Shown: positions 60,776 through 62,000 of the stretch, in pieces
How positions within the stretch are numbered: position 1 is the stretch's first letter
Layout: every line of letters starts with the position of its first letter
Assembly (NCBI RefSeq): GCF_964275005.1
Contig: NC_092705.1
Span: 620,001-682,000, forward strand
Origin: Diadema setosum
Taxonomy: Eukaryota
DNA length: 62,000 bases
Reading direction: 5' to 3'
Notes under the pieces: generated by a model
Seen by the model: only the letters and a program-made list of their open reading frames with translations
The model's database searches: none
Told to the model about the DNA's origin: nothing
Made by a program: the position numbers and the translations under genes

Positions 60776-62000
60776 TATATCCAGGTCAATAGTATCAAGA
60801 CTATGACAGAGAGAGTGAAGGTAATATCTCAAGCCAAGCTTTAATGAAGCAAATTTATAAAGAAGATGTACTGTACATTTATTATACACTTTGAATGATA
60901 CAATGCCTTAATTCCATCTCACCAGCTATCTTACATGGCTGTTTTCATTCATCCTTGTACAGAATATTTTTGTGTCCTTCAAACCAAATGGGTACACACC
61001 TGTGGTATGCACTCAACTGCACTGAACACAAAGTCTGATATTACTTGCTACATCATATGGTATACTTTGTACAGGGACTTCCCCCTGTACATCCACATGG
61101 TATACAGAGAAGCCATTTTGACCCCTTGATGCTCTAAATTATCCTTCCACTCTGTCTCGACAGTCCAAACACACAGAATGTAGTAGATAACCAAACAATT
61201 TTTACATGCATCCTTCTCCCAAGAATGATACCTGGTGTCATACTGACAGATTCATGTGAAGAAATGGTAGTTCTTCATTACTGCTGTAAAACCAGAAATA
61301 TTGGTGGCATGAAATTTTCATGAATTGGAGCCAACACTTTTTTGCAGCATGAAACGAATTACAACTGGCGCTCAATATATGGTGCACACTAGAACTTTCA
61401 CATGCATTTTAATTTCCCAAATCACAGCCCAAAAAATTCCTTAACATTTCATGCACTCAAAAGTTTCTGGTTTCACTGTATTACAGTATTGTTTCTAACA
61501 CAGACCAAGGCATACCTAGATTCTAGTTTCAACGATAATTGTTTCACATTTGAGCGTTACTTCCAGGACACCAAATTATATTACATGTACTCTAAAATGA
61601 CGGATGTTTGCATGCATTTTAATCCAGCAAACATCACGCGTGTCAAGATTTGTAGAATTAAAATGCACTCAAAAGTTCTTGTCCACAGTGCGTTGAATGC
61701 TAGTGACAATTCACAAAAATTTAATGTCGCGAAAAAGGTTGTTGGCTCCAATTTATGCAAACTGCATGCCATGAAAATATCCTGCTTTACAGTATAAAAG
61801 AATGAGAGAACAATATTGTTTCATAGAGTACTGATACACACAGACATATGTCCATAAAGTAAAACAAAAAGGAGTGTCAAATCCAATTGTATGTAAAGAT
61901 TATCACCTCCAATATCTTCAGAAAATTTGCAGATGTCATTTTGATATGTACATGTATATTTTTGCGATGCAAGGTGACAATTTCAGATACTGCATTTCAT

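Overview
Eukaryotic, repeat-rich animal genomic DNA (a marine invertebrate; the repeat families and sialyltransferase suggest an echinoderm such as a sea urchin, which is inference only), with one 100-N gap at 31471-31570. Two host genes lie on the + strand. The first is an alpha-2,8-sialyltransferase-like (GT29/ST8Sia) gene with two catalytic-domain exons at 3349-3897 and 7705-7993; its 5' end is unresolved. The second is a complete 5-coding-exon WDR83/MORG1 gene (48577-56440, 309 aa) whose last intron is GC-AG. The rest is mobile DNA: (i) several CR1/L2-group LINEs; (ii) a young Gmr1-type Ty3/gypsy element (34691-42038, minus strand, PR-INT-RT-RH order, 1058-bp LTRs, ATAAC TSD) nested in a LINE that also carries a 124-bp palindromic TG...CA insertion with a 5-bp TSD; (iii) a 7.8-kb transposase-less EnSpm/CMC-like element (20551-28352) with a decayed multi-exon accessory gene and an array of RFX X-box-like palindromes, inserted in a ~160-bp tandem repeat that forms long inverted arms; (iv) a 2.8-kb foldback-like element; (v) an Academ-like transposase relic; (vi) Harbinger, Helentron/HINE, piggyBac-, Kolobok-, MULE- and Tc1/pogo-like MITEs and a tRNA-derived SINE. 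All family assignments come from visual motif recognition, not database searches. I found no clearly new protein-coding system; the most unusual items are structural (see findings).
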